A stretch of DNA of 64,000 bases from a virus (Duplodnaviria > Caudoviricetes): the IMG/VR virus record IMGVR_UViG_2660238657_000001, positions 106,795 through 170,794 of that record; one strand, written 5' to 3'. A program made the translations under genes and the position numbers. Shown piece by piece: positions 51,882 through 63,791 of this stretch; within the stretch, counting starts at the first letter, position 1; the number at the start of each line of letters is the position of its first letter. The notes below the pieces were generated by a model. It was not told the DNA's origin. It ran no database searches and saw nothing but the letters and a program-made list of their open reading frames with translations.

Positions 51882-52616
51882 ATGAAAGGGATAAGAAAGT
51901 CAATTTTATGTTTAGTTTTATCAGCAGGGGTAATAGCTCCGGTAACAACGAGTATAGTTCAAAGTCCTCAAAAATGTTATGCTTGTACTGTTGATAAAGG
52001 TTCATATGCAGATACCTTCACAGAGTTTACTAATGTTGAGGAAGCCAAAAAATGGGGAAATGCTCAATATAAAAAATATGGCCTAAGCAAACCTGAACAA
52101 GAAGCTATAAAATTTTATACAAGAGATGCAAGTAAGATCAATGGACCATTAAGAGCAAATCAAGGAAATGAGAATGGATTATCTTCTGACATTTTACAAA
52201 AAGTTAAATTAATAGATCAATCTTTTAGTAAGATGAAGATGCCTCAAAATATTATTCTTTTTAGAGGTGATGACCCTGCTTATTTAGGTCCAGAATTTCA
52301 AGATAAAATTCTTAATAAAGATGGAACAATTAATAGAGATGTTTTTGAACAAGTTAAAGCGAAATTTTTAAAAAAAGATAGAACAGAATATGGATATATT
52401 AGTACTTCATTAATGAGTGCGCAATTTGGAGGAAGACCAATTGTTACTAAATTTAAAGTAACTAATGGATCAAAAGGAGGGTATATAGACCCTATTAGCT
52501 ATTTCCCAGGACAACTTGAAGTGTTGCTTCCTAGAAATAATAGTTATTATATAAGTGATATGCAAATATCTCCCAATAATAGACAAATTATGATTACAGC
52601 AATGATATTTAAATAG
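51882..52616 (+). CDS. Mono-ADP-ribosyltransferase exoenzyme C3 (Rho-modifying), 244-aa precursor
   Basis: Signal peptide, 'LFRG', 'YISTSL', 'FPGQLEVLLPR' (R-STS-QxE); recognisably the C. botulinum C3 sequence; GGAGG RBS at ATG 51882. Confidence 0.97.
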   Translation: MKGIRKSILCLVLSAGVIAPVTTSIVQSPQKCYACTVDKGSYADTFTEFTNVEEAKKWGNAQYKKYGLSKPEQEAIKFYTRDASKINGPLRANQGNENGLSSDILQKVKLIDQSFSKMKMPQNIILFRGDDPAYLGPEFQDKILNKDGTINRDVFEQVKAKFLKKDRTEYGYISTSLMSAQFGGRPIVTKFKVTNGSKGGYIDPISYFPGQLEVLLPRNNSYYISDMQISPNNRQIMITAMIFK

Positions 52617-52929
52617 TTTATAAAAATAAATAAAATATAGTTATGCTAAATAAAAGATTTAGCATCTTGAAGTAAGAAAAATTATAGGAACACATAACAA
52701 CAAAAATAACTACTTTTAATTAAGTAGTTATTTTTGTTATACGTAAAAATAGATTGATTATTAAATAAATAATAGGTTATTTAATTTGCAATATTCAGAT
52801 GACTTTTGATAAATATGAAATTAAAGCAAAAGATTATTGACATTTTGTATTTTTATATGTAATATTATACATAAGGTACGTGAGATGATATGTATCTTAT
52901 GTGTATTCAACTATAAGATATAAGAGTTT

Positions 52930-53054
52930 AAAAAGTCAGTGAACCTCCACTGTATAAGCGAGGAGCTAAAAAAGTCGGAGATCCTCTTCCGTATAAATGG
53001 GGCTTTAAAAAGTCAGTGAACCTCCACTGTATAAGCGAGGAGCTAAAAAAGTCG
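52930..53054 (+). ncRNA. Type III antitoxin RNA (ToxI/antiQ-like pseudoknot repeats)
   Basis: ~3.2 tandem 38-39-nt units, each with two interleaved stems, upstream of a terminator and toxN. Confidence 0.85.
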
Positions 53055-53057
53055 TAT

Positions 53058-53085
53058 GTGGGTAACATTTAGTTACCCATTTTTA
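53058..53085 (+). terminator. Intrinsic terminator between antitoxin array and toxN
   Basis: TGGGTAAC-ATTTA-GTTACCCA followed by T-run. Confidence 0.85.
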
Positions 53086-53105
53086 TTATTTGGTGAGGGT
53101 AAAAT

Positions 53106-53642
53106 ATGGGGATTAAAATTTATATGGTAGATAGTAATTATATTACTTATTTAAGAAGCTTTGATACTAATGTAGCTTTAAATAAAAAGATTCATGAAGG
53201 TATTAGAAAATATACTGGCATAGTATTTGAAGTTAATGACTTTAAATATTTTGCTCCTATGTCTTCACCTAAACAAAAACATAAAAATATTAGTGATGAA
53301 CAAATTGATTGTGTAAAAATAAAAAAAGGACAACTAGGCGTAGTTAATCTTAATAATATGATTCCAGTTTGTGATGAGAATTTATTGCCATTCCACATAA
53401 ATGAACAAGAGGAAAGTTATAAAAATTTATTATTTAATCAATTTAAATACCTAAATAAAAGTAAACAAGAAGTTAAAGACAAAGCAAGGAAGCTATATAG
53501 TATAGTTAATTCAGGAAAACATAAAAAGATATCTAATAGATGTTGCAATTTTAAATTATTGGAACAAAAGTGTATGGAATATCAATACGTCAAAGAATCA
53601 TTTGATGAAGCTGCGGTAAATATAACGACATACAAAGAATAA
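53106..53642 (+). CDS. toxN: Type III TA toxin, ToxN/AbiQ family endoribonuclease
   Basis: 'YFAPMSSPK...LGVVNLNNMIPV...CCNFKLLEQKC'. Confidence 0.9.
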   Translation: MGIKIYMVDSNYITYLRSFDTNVALNKKIHEGIRKYTGIVFEVNDFKYFAPMSSPKQKHKNISDEQIDCVKIKKGQLGVVNLNNMIPVCDENLLPFHINEQEESYKNLLFNQFKYLNKSKQEVKDKARKLYSIVNSGKHKKISNRCCNFKLLEQKCMEYQYVKESFDEAAVNITTYKE

Positions 53643-53976
53643 ATAATTATAGATAATTAAATATGAATATATGTAAAGAACTACTTTGTAATGAGGTAGT
53701 TCTTTTTGTTATGCGAAGAAATAACATTATGACCTTTAACCAATTTATGGTAAAATATGAATATGGAAATAATATACAAATATAATCTAGAATCTTAGTA
53801 AATTGTATTTAAATAGAAAAATATAACATAATATCATATAATTTACCAAAATTTTATTGAAAAACGGGACAAGGAGTGGTAACATGAAGATACAGCGTTG
53901 GACAAGTTCCAATAAGAAAGTGTATAAGTTAAAAAAGATTAGATATAAAGAAAATAGAGAGAAAGAGGGATTAGGT

Positions 53977-54120
53977 ATGGAAGTAGTTGAAAGATACTGT
54001 ACTGTTGCTGAGTCTCTTAGGACAAGCTTGCAACAAATGCAAGAAATACGAAAGGGTAATTCATCTAAAAAAAGTTGGAGAGAGGTACGGGAGGAGCTAA
54101 AAAAAGAAAAACAAGGTTGA
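53977..54120 (+). CDS. Putative type II antitoxin, 47 aa
   Basis: MEVVERYCTVAESLRTSLQQM...SWREVREEL; GAGG RBS; directly upstream of RelE-like gene. Confidence 0.65.
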   Translation: MEVVERYCTVAESLRTSLQQMQEIRKGNSSKKSWREVREELKKEKQG

Positions 54121-54133
54121 TAGGGGTTAGGAT

Positions 54134-54493
54134 ATGTGTTATGAAGTTATTCCTACAGACAAATTTATAAGTGATTTAAAATTTTACATTAATAAACGTA
54201 AGTACAAACATATTGATGATGATGTCGATATTGTAGTAGAACAACTAGAAAAAGGGGTATTAGTGGGAGATACTATAAATGATATTAAATTACCAAATGG
54301 TGAAGATGCATTTAAAGCAAGAGCTAAAAATACAGATACTCGTGTTGGGCAATCAAATGGATATAGAATCATCTATTATGTAATACAAAATGAAAAAACA
54401 ATATTTTTATTAACTGTTTATTATAAAAAGGACGACAATCGTATACCATCTAAAAATGAAATTATTGAAATAATCAACGAATTTTATTCATAA
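54134..54493 (+). CDS. RelE/ParE-family toxin
   Basis: 'KARAKN...GQSNGYRIIYY...IFLLTVYYK'. Confidence 0.85.
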   Translation: MCYEVIPTDKFISDLKFYINKRKYKHIDDDVDIVVEQLEKGVLVGDTINDIKLPNGEDAFKARAKNTDTRVGQSNGYRIIYYVIQNEKTIFLLTVYYKKDDNRIPSKNEIIEIINEFYS

Positions 54494-54787
54494 AATTAGA
54501 TGCATATTATTTAAATTGTTTGATGAGATACAATACATATTAATATTAAACACCAATATGTGTAAAGAACTACTTCATAGTAAGGTAGTTCTTTTTGTTA
54601 TGCGAAGAAATAGGTTGGTTACATAATGGTGAGTTATTGGTTTTAGTTATTTATTAGTAGTTAAATATCATAAAATGATTTTATAAAAATAAAATTATGG
54701 TATCCTCATATCAAATTACTTGATTTTAAAATTATAATATGATAATATATATTTAAAGCAAGAAATAAAAATTAGGAGTGGAATATA

Positions 54788-55114
54788 ATGGGCATTATAG
54801 ATAAAGGTATTTATATACTACAAATAGAAGATGAATGTATTGGGTTTTTAAATATGGATTTTATAAAAAATTTTGATTTAAAACCAAACGAAGTGGAATT
54901 TGTTAAAAATTTAATACCTTTACAAATTGATAAAGGCATCGATGATTGGATGATTTTGAGACTTGATGACATTGCAGAGCAATTTAATATTCCCAAGCCA
55001 ACAGTATCACGATATATGCAAAAGCTTAAACAAACTAATATCTTAGTACAAGAAGATTTTAGAAGTCCATTATGGAAATTTAACCCCAATATAGTGCATT
55101 ATGAAATTAGATAA
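54788..55114 (+). CDS. Winged-HTH protein (RepL-like)
   Basis: 'DDIAEQFNIPKPTVSRYMQKL...FNPN'. Confidence 0.7.
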   Translation: MGIIDKGIYILQIEDECIGFLNMDFIKNFDLKPNEVEFVKNLIPLQIDKGIDDWMILRLDDIAEQFNIPKPTVSRYMQKLKQTNILVQEDFRSPLWKFNPNIVHYEIR

Positions 55115-55237
55115 ATTAAGGACGAAAAGTCCTTTTTAAATAAATATGAATATCAAGTTTTGATGTTTAAATTATATATAGATAATATCATAAAAATCAA
55201 AAACAAATACTTAGTAATATTAAAGGTGGTTCTATAA

Positions 55238-55711
55238 ATGAAATGTGACGTTTTTATGCTGAATCAAGATGAAATTTTGAATTGTTTTAATTCAATAAAG
55301 ACAATTTTTGACTTGAGAAATATATCTAAAAAGTTAATTGATAATGAATGTAAGAAAAATGAAATACCAAGCATAATTAAGAAAACTAATATAAGGGGGG
55401 ATTTTAAGATGGAAATTAAAACAATTTATCTAATAATTGAGGGTAAGTATAAGGACAAGAAAGGTAAATTACATAATATCATTACATATACAGATAGTTT
55501 AGAAACAATAGAAAATCATAAGGATAAAATATTAGGGTATGAAGTGGCTAGTATTAATGATCTTAACAATAGTGAAGTATTTGATGATACTTTTGGAGTT
55601 GATACATTGAGAGTTAAAGAAGGGGTAGTTGCATATAAGAAATATTTAGTTTGGTATGAAGGTTGGGATATTGAAGATTATTTAGAAATTGGTCAATGGG
55701 AATTGATTTAG
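55238..55711 (+). CDS. Hypothetical protein
   Basis: 157-aa ORF; internal GGGGG RBS suggests a later start (MEIKTI). Confidence 0.55.
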   Translation: MKCDVFMLNQDEILNCFNSIKTIFDLRNISKKLIDNECKKNEIPSIIKKTNIRGDFKMEIKTIYLIIEGKYKDKKGKLHNIITYTDSLETIENHKDKILGYEVASINDLNNSEVFDDTFGVDTLRVKEGVVAYKKYLVWYEGWDIEDYLEIGQWELI

Positions 55712-55802
55712 AAGATTAAAATATTAAGAATGTGCTTGATTAGGGTGATTAAGATATGATAAATAAAACAACAATACAATATCAAGGAGGATTTTTAAAA
55801 CG

Positions 55803-56363
55803 ATGAATAGATTGAACAAAGAAGATTTTATGGGTAAAAGAAAGTTAAAAGTAAAAGTAAAGGTGTTAAAACAAGTAGGTAATGTAGAGATATATGAATT
55901 AAATGAATACAATATGTTAAGCTTTTGTAATTTTATAACTAGATTTTTAGAAAACAATAAAGAAACTTTAGAAAAAGGGCAAGTATCTTATACTTTAGAT
56001 GATAGGGTAGAAATACTAAATATGTTTACTAATATTAATTTAGAGAATTTTAAAAAGACTGAGATTGTAGAGATACTAATGAGTCCTAGCGAAGATGTAA
56101 TAAATGTAGAGGAAGAATTATTAAATATAATTATACCTGAGCTAATAGAAAAGACATCTAAAGAAGGACTAGATAATTTAGTTAATATGGATATAGAAGA
56201 ACAAAGAGAAGTAATAGAACAAGTAAAAAAAGAAAACAACGAAGATGTAGACACTGAACGAGTATTAGAAGAATTAAAAAAGGAAAAAGAAAGACAGTTG
56301 AAATTAAAAAAGAAAGAGGAGCTAGAAAAACAAATAAGAGAATTAGAATTAGGTGATGAGTAA
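55803..56363 (+). CDS. Tail assembly chaperone (putative)
   Basis: Acidic/coiled 186-aa protein two genes upstream of tape measure; GGAGG RBS. Confidence 0.55.
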   Translation: MNRLNKEDFMGKRKLKVKVKVLKQVGNVEIYELNEYNMLSFCNFITRFLENNKETLEKGQVSYTLDDRVEILNMFTNINLENFKKTEIVEILMSPSEDVINVEEELLNIIIPELIEKTSKEGLDNLVNMDIEEQREVIEQVKKENNEDVDTERVLEELKKEKERQLKLKKKEELEKQIRELELGDE

Positions 56364-56830
56364 TGCCTTATTTTGCTGATATATCTCAATTAGAAAAAGA
56401 GATTAAAAAACAATCTATAAAGGCGTTAAAAGATGACGTTAGTAGAATTATTAAGGATGAATTAAAAAAACAAGTATTAGATAAAGTATATTCACATCCA
56501 TCTAGCGATAGTTATCAAAGAACCTATGAGTTATTGAAGTCCATTGAAATAGGCGATGTAAAAGAAGAAAATGGAATGTACATAGCACAAGTTTATTTTA
56601 ACCCTGAGCTTACTCATGAATCATGGTGGGGTAGCAGTAAATTAGGAATTCAAAAAGGTGAACAAGTAGGAATGAATTATATTGCACAATGGTTAAATGA
56701 AGACAAGAACATATTTGCACCTTATACAAAAGACTTCATTGAAAATACCGAAATAGAATTAAGAAATACTAAAAGTGCAATAAACGCCTTTATAGGATAT
56801 ATGCAAAGTAGAGGGATAAAAATTATATAA
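56363..56830 (+). CDS. Tail-associated protein (HK97 gp10-like, putative)
   Basis: 'VYS...YQRTYELL...FIENT' pattern; precedes tape measure. Confidence 0.55.
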   Translation: MPYFADISQLEKEIKKQSIKALKDDVSRIIKDELKKQVLDKVYSHPSSDSYQRTYELLKSIEIGDVKEENGMYIAQVYFNPELTHESWWGSSKLGIQKGEQVGMNYIAQWLNEDKNIFAPYTKDFIENTEIELRNTKSAINAFIGYMQSRGIKII

Positions 56831-56898
56831 TACGTGCCAAAGGACTCAATGTACATTGGGTTCTTTTATTTTGCACAAAAAGGAGTTGATTAGACAGT

Positions 56899-59800
56899 AT
56901 GGCTGAAACATATGGTATTCAATTAGGCGTAGAGTTTAATTTTGAAGAAGCAAAACAAAATTTGAATAAAATAATTAATGACTTACAAAAAGATTGTAAA
57001 TTAAACATTAAATTAGAAAATGTTAATTTTGATAAGATTATAAATGATTATAAAAATTTACAAAGACAATTACAATCTAACGGAATTAAGTTAAATACAA
57101 ATGGCCTTGAAGAAATAGATAAAGTATCTAATAGAATTGCACAGGCTAATGATTCATCTAGAAAAATAATTTATAATCAAGAACGAGAAAGATTAAGAAC
57201 CATAACTGATACGCAAAAGAAAATAGAACAAATAATAACTGGTAGTAACGAAACTATAGCTCAGCAACAAGGTAGAATGAATAGATTAAATGGCCAACAG
57301 TATGAACAAATTTGGCTTAGAGCATTAAAAGAGAAGGAACAAAAGGCTATACAATCTGAAGAAAGAATAGCACAAGCTGAACAGAAGAGAATACAAAAAC
57401 TAGGACAAGAAAGAGGATTTGCTTCTAGTGGAATGTTTAGTGATGATACTTATATAAAAGCACAAATTCAATCTATATATGGAGCAGATGCTTCAATTAA
57501 AAATTATAAGCGTTCTTTAGATAGTGCGGGAAATTCACAGATAAAAATGACTATAGCAACTCAAAGTACTAATAATCAGATAAAAGAATATGGAGTAACC
57601 ATAGACAAAAATACTCAAAAGATATACCAAAATAGTGAAGCCATAAAAGTAAATAACAAGCATATAGCTAGTGCATTTGAAAGAATGGGTAATAGCATTA
57701 AACAAGCAGTTTCTATGGCTGTAACCATGGGGTCAATGTATAAAGGAGTTCAAAAGTGTTATGAGGCTGTACAAGTGTTAATATCGTTAGATCAACAAAT
57801 GGTTCAAGTACGAGAAATAACTGGAATGACACAACAGCAAACAGATAAATTAATGCAGTCATATTCTAAAATGAGTGTAAATTTAGCTACTACATTAACA
57901 GATATGTCTAAATTAACAGTTGAACTAACAAGGCAAGGGTTAGCTATAGATGAAACAAACAAAAGAATGCAGATTTTCAGTAAGTTTAATAAAGTTATTA
58001 ATGGAGACATAAACCAATCAACTGAATTAATGACGGCAGGTATTAACTCATTACAAGTGGATGCACAAGAACTTTCGGATGTATTGGTAAAAGTAGGAGC
58101 TGTGTCTGGTACAAGTGCCCAAGAAGTAGGAGCTATAATTCAGAAATCTGGTGCAATGGCTAAAGAAGGAAAAATTTCATTACAGGAATTAGCAACAATG
58201 GGTGCAATAGTTTCAGAAAAAACAAGAGAAAGTGGTAAAGTTTTGCCGTCTTAGGAGGAAACTCCTAATGATTATGAGAGTGGGATTAAGCAGGGAGTCC
58301 TAAAGGGATAATCTGAACCGAAGGCGTACATTATGTACTAAATCATAGTAATATGATTGATGATAGAAATATCAGTCAGGGGCAACGCATAGATGATGAA
58401 GGTTAATGGATGATATCCAACCGTATAATTCATCCACGAGACCACTCCACAAATAGATATACTCTATTTCACTTGAGTAATAATCAAGTGCCTAACGTTA
58501 AACGAGGGTGAAAAGGTATGCTGATCTAAGAATGAATTGACATTCTGAAATCTATTAATGAAAATTAATAGGGGCGAGGAAACTCCTAGATGTAAAGGAT
58601 AAAAAGCCTTTACGATAACATTATATGGAAACAATTGGAACATCATTGAAAACAATTTTTGCCAAATTTCAACAAGTAAAAAAAGATACAGGTGAAGTAA
58701 ACAAAGATTTTAGTGCAACAATTAACACTCTTGAAAAATTTGGAGTTAAAACAGGTGCAATGGCGGGACAATTAAAGCCCGTTGGTGAAATACTTCAAGA
58801 ATTAGCAAGTAAATGGAATGACATGAATGATAAAGAAAGAGCCATGGTATCAAGTTCTTTAGGAGTTTATCAAATATCTCGTTTTAGTGCTTTAATGCAA
58901 GGACTTGCTAAAGATGTAAATGGAGTTTCAAGATCGCAACAAATTTATAGTGAGGTAATGAATGCCAGTGGTGAAACAAATAAACAATACGAAACTTATT
59001 TAAATTCTCTATCTGGTGCTATAGACAAATTTAAAGCAAAATGGGAAGTTGTATTTAATAACTCAATGAATAGCGGTGCTTTAAAATCAATAGTTGATAT
59101 GGGTACAGGAATACTTAATTTAGTTGACAAATTTGGAGGATTAAATATAGCTTTAACATCATTGAATGTGGTTCTATTACTATCCAGCAAAAAGTTTAAA
59201 GAATGGATAGTTGGAATAAAATCATTTTCAGAAGTTAGTGATTTTATGAATGTTTCTTTAGGAAAAATGAAAGTTTCAATTAATAATTTAACATGGCTAT
59301 TTAAAACTTCTACAGCTGAAATGGGAGTTTTTAGAGGAAGTTTATTTACATTAAAAACAGCATTAGATTATTCTAGAATATCAGCAATAGCTTTGCAAAC
59401 AACATTAACATTGGGTATATCATTAGCTATTACAGGTGTTATTTCTTGCATTAGTAAACTAATTAATAAGATGAGTGAATCAAAACACAAAAGTCAAGAG
59501 CTTGAACAATCAGTACAACAAAATATAAAATCCAATAATGATATGATAACCTATCTTCGTACAGAGGGTAAGGAGTATGATAATTTATCTAAGAAGACTA
59601 AATTAACTACTGAAGAACAAGAAAAATTAAAAAGTATTAAACAACAGTTAGTTGATAAATTTCCAGAGTTAATTAAAGGGATCAATTCTGAAACTGGGGA
59701 AATTGAGTTACAATCTAAATCTACAAAAGAATTAATTGAATTATTAAAACAAAAAAATCAAATAGAGAATCAAAAGTTAGTAAATAGTGGAAATGATACA

Positions 59801-62800
59801 TTAAAAGAACAACAAGGCGAATATGCTAAATTAAAAAAAAAGTATGCACAACTTCAACATCAAGCTGAAATGATTAAAAATGGCGGTGGTAACTTAGATA
59901 AAAATGGATATTATTACCGTCATACGATAGAAGGATTGCAACAAATAAAACGTAATATAGGATTGACAAAAGTACAGCAAGAAGAACTGAATAGGAAAAC
60001 AGAAGAATATCGAAATCAATTAGGTGAAATGAAAACTACAGGCGCACAAATGATGGAAAAATTAAAAGTAATTAAACCTAATATAGACGCTGTATTTGCA
60101 TTAAAAAATATTGATAATTTCACAAAAAAATTAGCAGAAATAAAAATAGACTTTAGTAAATTCATAGATAAGGATAATAATTTGGACTTTACTGGGTTAC
60201 AAGTGGAGATTCAGAAATTTAAAGATAAAATAGAGAACGACCCCAATTACTCTAATATTAAAATGGTGGCACAATTAAAAGAACCCAAACAGGAAGATTT
60301 AAAAAAGTATTTTGATTCTATATTATCATTAGCTAAAACTTTAAAGATGAGTCCTCTTGAGCTAACGAAAATAATGCCTTTATCTGTAGATAAAGAATAT
60401 TTAAAGAAAAATTCGGATTTATTTGTTAAAATCTTAAAGGATGAAATTAAAAAAGCTAGTGGTCAAAATAAGATTAATTTAACAAATATGATTAAAATGT
60501 TTGATGGTAGTGAAATTGCTAAAGAGGGTACGGCAATATCGAATTCTATCGGAAACATCAAAGAACAGCAAGAACAACTAGATAAAGCTTATAAAAATTC
60601 AGTAAGTTCTATTAAAGAATATACGGGATATTTAAAAGAATTAAAAGAAAATAGACATTTATCTGCTGAAAGCTTGGCAGAAATTATAGATAAACATAGC
60701 GAATTAATACCTTATTTAAATGATGAAAAGACATTGTATAAAAAATTGCAAGGAGTCGTAAGTCAAGAAAAACAAAATGCTCTAAATGCTATAGGCGCAA
60801 AACTAGAAATGAATAGTACATTTTGTGCAGAAGTTTATGCAAAGCATCAAACAGCATTTAAAAATATAGCAAGCGCATATAATATTGATCTTGATAACTT
60901 TAAGTCTATAGCGTTAACGAAGCAAAAAATAAATGGAATATTAACTCGTAATATAGGTCAACAGTGGATTAAACAAGCCGGAATGGGTATCACTGGTATG
61001 AAAAAGGCTATGCAAAAAATGAATGAAAGTATGAAAGGTCAGTTTTTAAGTTGGAAAGCTGGTGATTTGTCAGCAGAAGGCGAACAAGACCTTGCGAAAA
61101 AATTGGGTGATATAAAGCAATTAGAAGGATATATCAAAGCTTTAGAAATAATGGAAAAAGATATTGATGATACTAAAAACAAGATAAAAAATTCAAAATG
61201 GGAATCAGCCGATTTTTCTAAAGTTGGTTCTGGAGGTCATTCTACACGTGGACGAGGTGGTAGTAAATCAAAATATCATACAGATAATACTAAATATAAA
61301 TTTGCAGGACAAGCCTTGAATGAAATAGATGGTATTATTAAAACAATAAATAACTCTATAGAACAAACGGATAAAAATATAACTAATATTACTCAAAGAA
61401 TAGCTAATTTACAATCAATAGAATCAAAATCTAACTACGCCCAAATCATAGATGAGGAAAATGCTAAGTTAGACCAACAACGAATTAAAGTAAAAAAATT
61501 GCAATCAGCGCAAAGTCAGGCTAATGAAAAATCAAAAGCAATTCAAAAAGAAATTTGGACAAGATGGTCTTGGATGAGAGGAAAAGATTTATCTAAATTG
61601 AATTCTGTGCAATGGGATAAACTATACAACGAACATTATGGCAAAGAAATTGATTTCGGTGGTGGTGACAAAGCTAAGAAGTGGAAAGAAGCATATGACA
61701 AGGGTTCTAAAATGTTTCAAGAAATGAGAAAAGACTATGAAAGCACTAAGGAGCTTTTTAATAAATCGGCGCAAGACGAATTAAAAATGGAACAAGAAAT
61801 AAATGCTACTATTAAGGAAAGAGTTGAAATTCAAAAAGCTAGTTACGATGAGCAATTAAGACTAGAGCAAAAGCAAATAGATTTAGCGCAAGCAAATTTA
61901 GATATTTTTAATATTTATGAAAAAGAAAATGTAGACTATATTAAAAAGGCACAACTAACAGGTCAACTAATATCACAACAAAAATCTTATTTAGTTCAAA
62001 TGATAGGTATTAGAAACGAGATTACTAGACAAAGAAACGCACTTCAAGAAAATACTCTAGAATGGAATTTGTTAAATAGCTTATTAGATGAGTACGAAGG
62101 CAAGATTAATGAAAGTAATAAGAACTTACAACAAACTTTAGAAACGTTAGAAGAAATCAGAAAGTCTCAACTTGATGAGTTATCTAATATGCAAGATAAA
62201 ATAGTTGGCGCTTTAAAGAAACAATATGAGAAAGAATTAGAACTAGCTAAAGAAAAGAAAGCTAAAGAATTATTATTAGCAAAAAATCTTAATGATGAGC
62301 AATTAAAGCTTATTAAAGATGGTAGTAAAACTGCACTAGAAATATTTCAAGATGAGCACAACAAAAAAATAGAACTCTGGAATGATGAGTTAAGGCATTA
62401 TGAAGAAGATTATAATTCTAAGATTAAAGAAATTGATAATAAAGAATCTAAAGACAAGTATGATAAAGATTTAAATAAAAAGCAAAAAGAAAAATCTAAA
62501 TTAGAAGCTCAACGTGATGCATTAATGATGGATTCATCCTTAGAAGCAAAAGGAAAGCGAGAAAGCTTATTAGAGCAGATTAAAAAGAAAGATGAAGAGA
62601 TTAAGCAATTTCAACATGATAGGGATATTACTTTAAGAAAGAAAAATCTTAAAGATGAGTTAGATTCTAAAAAGAAGAATATTAAGGATAAGATAGATAC
62701 TGAAAACAAGAAATATAAAGAAGCTAAAAAAAGATATGATAGGGAAGTTAAAGCACTGGAGAGAGCAAATAAAGAAAAACTCAAGAAAGAAAATTTATAC

Positions 62801-63583
62801 GCTAAAGCAAGAGAAATGCTTATGCAGAATAACTTTGATACACTTAAGGATTTCTTAATTAAATATAGTGAAGATAGTGAAAAGATATTTGGTGTAATGG
62901 GCGAAACGATTAAGAAAAAAATATGTGACAATTTAAAAAATGCTATAGACTTAATGCAACATTTCAATACGCTATCAGATAAGAAAAAATGGAAGAAAGC
63001 AGTAGGATATGATGAAGATTATATCATGGGTGATACAGAAAAACCTACTGAAATAACTCATTTTGGTAATATAGAAAAAGGCGTATATGAGTGGGACAAT
63101 ATCTACGAAACTAAAGAATATAAGGCATTAATAGAAAAGTTATTAGAAGCACAAAGAAATGGTGATACAAAGGCTGAAGCTGATTTGAGGAAACAAGCCC
63201 AAGAGTTAATAGGTAAGTATAAAAAACATAAAGATGGTGGATTGAATACAAGTACAGGATTTCACTGGTTAGATGGTACTGACACAAAACCAGAATTAGT
63301 TCTAAATGCAGACCAAACACAAGCTATGTTAGATATAAAAGATTATCTACCTAATATATCTAAATTCATACAACAACCTAAGATAAATTTACCTAAAATT
63401 AATTTACCTAATGTTAATGCAGATAAACGACAACCTGTTGAATTTAAAATTGATAATCTTATTAATGTTGAAGGAAATTTAGATAAGGGTGCTATACCTC
63501 AAATTAAGGATGCAGGAAACGGCATTATCACAAGAATAAAACAAGAAATGAATAAAGTAGGTATTTATAGAGCATTTAGCTAA
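56899..63583 (+). CDS. Tail tape measure protein, two exons (56899-58236, 58628-63583), ~2097 aa
   Basis: TP901-type TMP core; splicing gives conserved-looking RESG|ETIGTSLKTI; long coiled coil; C-terminal 'HKDGG...PELVLN'. Confidence 0.88.
58237..58627 (+). ncRNA. Group I intron in tape measure gene (no ORF)
   Basis: 5' exon ends GGU pairing with GCC (P1); P7 variant GCATA/TATGC (CAACGCATAG ... AAGGTATGCTG); terminal G; in-frame ligation. Confidence 0.8.
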
Positions 63584-63791
63584 TGTAAATATTTATTATA
63601 TTATTTTATATAAAAATATTGACTTAAATTATAAATTATGTTAGTATATAAATATAATGTAAATTAAACAAATATAAAATAACACCGTTACGGTAAATAA
63701 GATAACACCTCCCATTTTGCGGAAAGGTAAATAATTTATTAAATTTATTAATTTAAAAGATTGTTAACATGCAAGAGGGGGAGGTGTTTTT

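Noticed and set aside
51300-52700. Botulinum neurotoxin cluster near C3
   Set aside because: No bont/ntnh/ha/botR-like ORFs are present in this window
52930-53054. Repeat-variant-repeat pattern as a mini-CRISPR
   Set aside because: The middle unit is itself a pseudoknot homolog, and the array precedes a terminator and toxN, so it is a type III antitoxin
812-63320. Numerous short antisense ORFs in the track (e.g. 812, 1506, 2940, 9319, 13155, 21496, 47242, 55988, 62611)
   Set aside because: They lie opposite well-supported genes, lack RBSs and have shadow-frame composition
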